DNA of 16,168 bases from an uncultured Opitutus sp. (lineage in GTDB: Bacteria; Verrucomicrobiota; Verrucomicrobiia; Opitutales; Opitutaceae). The notes under the pieces are model-generated. The model ran no database searches and was not told the DNA's origin. It saw nothing but the letters and a program-made list of their open reading frames with translations. The stretch is from assembly GCA_966250925.1 (NCBI GenBank), contig CBINJL010000008.1, positions 1 through 16,168 on the forward strand, read 5' to 3'. Made by a program: the position numbers and the translations under genes. Of this stretch, positions 14,085-16,168 are shown piece after piece; the first letter of the stretch is position 1; every line of letters starts with the position of its first letter.

Positions 14085-15647
14085 TCAGCGACCGGCGGGG
14101 GGCGTATCGCGATCGTCGAGCAATTCGCGCACGATCTGGATCAGTCGTGGACCCGGAAACGGTTTGTAAAGCATGGCGTCGGGTTTGGCCTGCTCGTCGC
14201 CGAGCCAGGCGTTGGCGGCGTCGGGGTGGCCGCTGATCGCGAGAATGGGGAGGTCGGGCTGGAGACGTTTCAGGACGTTGACGAGAATATCGCCGGCCAT
14301 GTGCGGCATGTGCACGTCGGTGATGACGAGCGAGAACCGTTCGGTGTGCAGATTGAGCGTGGCGAGGGCTTCGACGCCGTCGGAGGCGAGCACGATCTCG
14401 TAGCCGCGATGGCCGAGGGTCTCGCGGATGACATCGCGCACCGACGGTTCGTCGTCGACCACCAGGATGTGTTCGCCGCGGCCCAGCGGGATGTCGGCCA
14501 CGCCGTCGATCGGGGCCTCGACTTCCACTTCGTCGTCGAGGCCGGGCAGGTAAACTTTGAAACAGGTGCCGCGACCGGGTTCGCTCTCGACCTCGACGTA
14601 ACCGCCGTGGGCGATGGCGAGACTGCGCACGGTGGACAGGCCGAGGCCGGTGCCGCGGCCCTGTTCCTTGGTCGTGTAAAAGGGGGTCCAGATGCGTTCG
14701 AGCTGCTCGGCGGGGATGCCGCATCCGGTATCCGAAATGGAAATACAGATCCAGTCGCGGCGGCTTGGGGCGACGGTGAAGTGCGGCGGTGGCGTGGTCA
14801 CGCGGGTGTTGGTCGCGTTGACCGTAAGGACGCCGCCGCGGGGCATGGCGTCGCGGGCGTTGACGCAGAGGTTGAGCAGCAGTTGGTGCAACTGCGTGGG
14901 GTTGGCGTGAATGAGATGGAGACCGTGCGCGATGTCGTCGTGCAGCCGGATGTTGCGCGGAAAGGTTTCCTCGATGACGAGAATCAATTCGCGCAACACG
15001 TGACGCGGATCGATCGGGCCGCGATCGGCGTCGTTGCCGTGGGCGAAGCTCAGGATCTGGCGGACGATGCGGGCGCCGCGTTCGGCCGAGGTTTGGAGGA
15101 TCTCGACCATGCGCTGTTGGCGTTCATCCTGCGCAAGCGGACGTAGGAGCGAGCCGGCGATGAGGATGGGGGCGAGAATGTTGTTGAGATCGTGGGCGAT
15201 GCCGGCCGAGAGCAGGCCGAGGTTTTCCAGCCGCTGGGCGTCGAGCAGTTGCGACTCGCGCTGGCGGCGGACGGCGATATCGATCATGCAGCCAACGACG
15301 CGAGGTGCGGCGGCGACGTCGTTGGAATCGCTGGCGGGCAGACGCCGTTCGTGGATCTCGACCCAGCGCGACTCATCGCGGTCGGTGAGGATTTCGATGT
15401 CGGTGTAGGCTTCGTTGTCCTCCTGACGCAACGCGGTCAGTTGGGCGTTCCAGCGTTCGAAATTGAAACTTCCGGGGGCGAGCAGGTCGCGCAGGGAGCG
15501 TCCAATCAGCGTTTCGGGCGCGCTATGCAGCAGCGGACGCGCCTGGGGCGAGAGCCAGAGCAGCGTGCCGTCCAAGGCGCGCAGATAATGCAATACGGGA
15601 CCGTGCCGGAGCACGTCCAGAAGGGGTGGGTCGTTGAGCGGTGGCAC
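14085..15647 (-). CDS. Hybrid sensor histidine kinase / response regulator (PAS - HisKA - HATPase_c - REC)
   Basis: H-box LLSAGIAHDLNNILAPI; N box LLNLCVNARDAMP; G boxes SDTGCGIP and GTGLGLS; C-terminal receiver ILVVDDEPSVRDVI...ITDVHMPHMAG...LYKPF. GTG start at 15647. Confidence 0.92.
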   Translation of the reverse strand: MPPLNDPPLLDVLRHGPVLHYLRALDGTLLWLSPQARPLLHSAPETLIGRSLRDLLAPGSFNFERWNAQLTALRQEDNEAYTDIEILTDRDESRWVEIHERRLPASDSNDVAAAPRVVGCMIDIAVRRQRESQLLDAQRLENLGLLSAGIAHDLNNILAPILIAGSLLRPLAQDERQQRMVEILQTSAERGARIVRQILSFAHGNDADRGPIDPRHVLRELILVIEETFPRNIRLHDDIAHGLHLIHANPTQLHQLLLNLCVNARDAMPRGGVLTVNATNTRVTTPPPHFTVAPSRRDWICISISDTGCGIPAEQLERIWTPFYTTKEQGRGTGLGLSTVRSLAIAHGGYVEVESEPGRGTCFKVYLPGLDDEVEVEAPIDGVADIPLGRGEHILVVDDEPSVRDVIRETLGHRGYEIVLASDGVEALATLNLHTERFSLVITDVHMPHMAGDILVNVLKRLQPDLPILAISGHPDAANAWLGDEQAKPDAMLYKPFPGPRLIQIVRELLDDRDTPPAGR

Positions 15648-15668
15648 AGGCTAGCGGACAGGAGCGCT

Positions 15669-15698
15669 CGAAAAAGGAAGCCTCCGCAGGACGGAGGC
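15669..15698 (-). terminator. Terminator-like hairpin plus U-tract on the minus strand, about 20 nt upstream of the kinase start codon
   Basis: gcctccg (15680-15686) and cggaggc (15692-15698) form a 7-bp stem with a 5-nt loop. The minus strand continues ttcctttttcg. Confidence 0.4.
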
Positions 15699-15723
15699 AA
15701 ACCAGAATCGTTTTTGTAAGTAT

Positions 15724-15757
15724 CTTAAAATAAACGCGATGCAATCATGCTATCGCG
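15724..15757 (-). terminator. Second terminator-like hairpin plus U-tract on the minus strand
   Basis: Minus strand cgcgat-a-gca tgat tgc atcgcg (plus-strand coordinates 15735-15757) followed by tttattttaag. Confidence 0.35.
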
Positions 15758-15943
15758 GGATTGGGGGTAAGTGCCCAGGTTGAAAATTCATCACGAAGGG
15801 GGAGTAGGGGCAGAGTGGAAAACGAGAAGAAGCTAAGGGGCGGCAGATGATGCCGCGCTTTGCCGGTGGCAGGGCTTGCGCCGCTCCGGCCGACGAGTTC
15901 AGCTAGCCGTTTTAACCGACGATACGCCGCGCTCAAGCCCAGC

Positions 15944-16168
15944 ATGCCCAGAAGCAAGAAACCCCAGGACGAACAACCGGAATTCAGTCTCGATGCGGCC
16001 GCCACGGCCCCCGACACGACCTCGTCGGAGGTGGAGGAAACCGCCGCCGTGGACACCGCGGGAAGCGGCTCGTCCGGTGGCGGTGGCGATGGTGAACGCC
16101 CGACGGAAGCGCCGCTGGCCGGGGCCTACCGCAACTGGTTTCTCGACTACGCCAGCTACGTCATCCTC
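15944..16168 (+). CDS. parC: Type IIA topoisomerase subunit A (ParC-like / GyrA family), N-terminal 75 codons; continues beyond the window
   Basis: My own translation from ATG 15944 gives MPRSKKPQDEQPEF...GSGSSGGGGDGERPTEAPLAGAYRNWFLDYASYVIL. YxxWFLDYASYVILERA is the start of the ParC-type subunit A seen in Bacteroidota/PVC-like lineages (GyrA has YLDYAMSVIV). It is open to the window end. The N-terminal low-complexity tail makes the exact start uncertain. Confidence 0.78.
   Translation, partial: MPRSKKPQDEQPEFSLDAAATAPDTTSSEVEETAAVDTAGSGSSGGGGDGERPTEAPLAGAYRNWFLDYASYVIL

Noticed and set aside
12962-15146. ORFs 12962-13897(-), 13894-14724(-), 14226-15146(+)
   Set aside because: Antisense or off-frame to the S41 peptidase and the histidine kinase, both of which have clear catalytic motifs.
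15745-16056. 103-aa minus ORF with a PEP-CTERM-like GFLLLGMLGLSAAYRRLKR stretch
   Set aside because: Its 5' part is antisense to the parC-like N-terminus. It has no PEP motif, the hydrophobic/basic stretch is not C-terminal, and the remainder is translated pyrimidine-rich intergenic sequence. The region is treated as a possible RNA or leader instead.

Overview
This is a high-GC (roughly 63-65% by eye) bacterial chromosomal window that is almost entirely housekeeping. Genes in order: aroG-type DAHP synthase (5' part, minus), ygfZ, a small translationally coupled ORF, galK, then a minus-strand run of pilD / AmaP-like / Asp23 / accC / accB. These are followed by ligA (plus), ribBA (plus), a secreted hypothetical (minus), an S41 lipoprotein peptidase (plus), a hybrid PAS histidine kinase-receiver (minus) and the start of a parC-like topoisomerase subunit (plus). 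Most other ORFs in the six-frame track are antisense or off-frame shadows typical of high-GC DNA. Start codons generally lack a Shine-Dalgarno sequence, and the ParC N-terminus is of the WFLDYASYVILE type. Both fit a PVC/Bacteroidota-like lineage, possibly Verrucomicrobiota, but that is inference only. I see no transposase, integrase, CRISPR array, tRNA or rRNA, and no convincing novel multi-gene system. The points worth a second look are: (1) ligA is broken by one in-frame TAG between the Zn-finger and HhH domains and has no BRCT domain; (2) the GTP-cyclohydrolase-II half of ribBA has lost its Zn-ligand and catalytic motifs (RibBX-like), and sits behind a leader with only partial FMN-riboswitch resemblance; (3) the intergenic regions carry a family of repeats and hairpins, including a 25-bp perfect inverted repeat pair and a 176-bp long-stem structure in a convergent gap; (4) terminator-like hairpins lie in two divergent intergenic regions where none is expected, suggesting small transcription units or leader attenuators.
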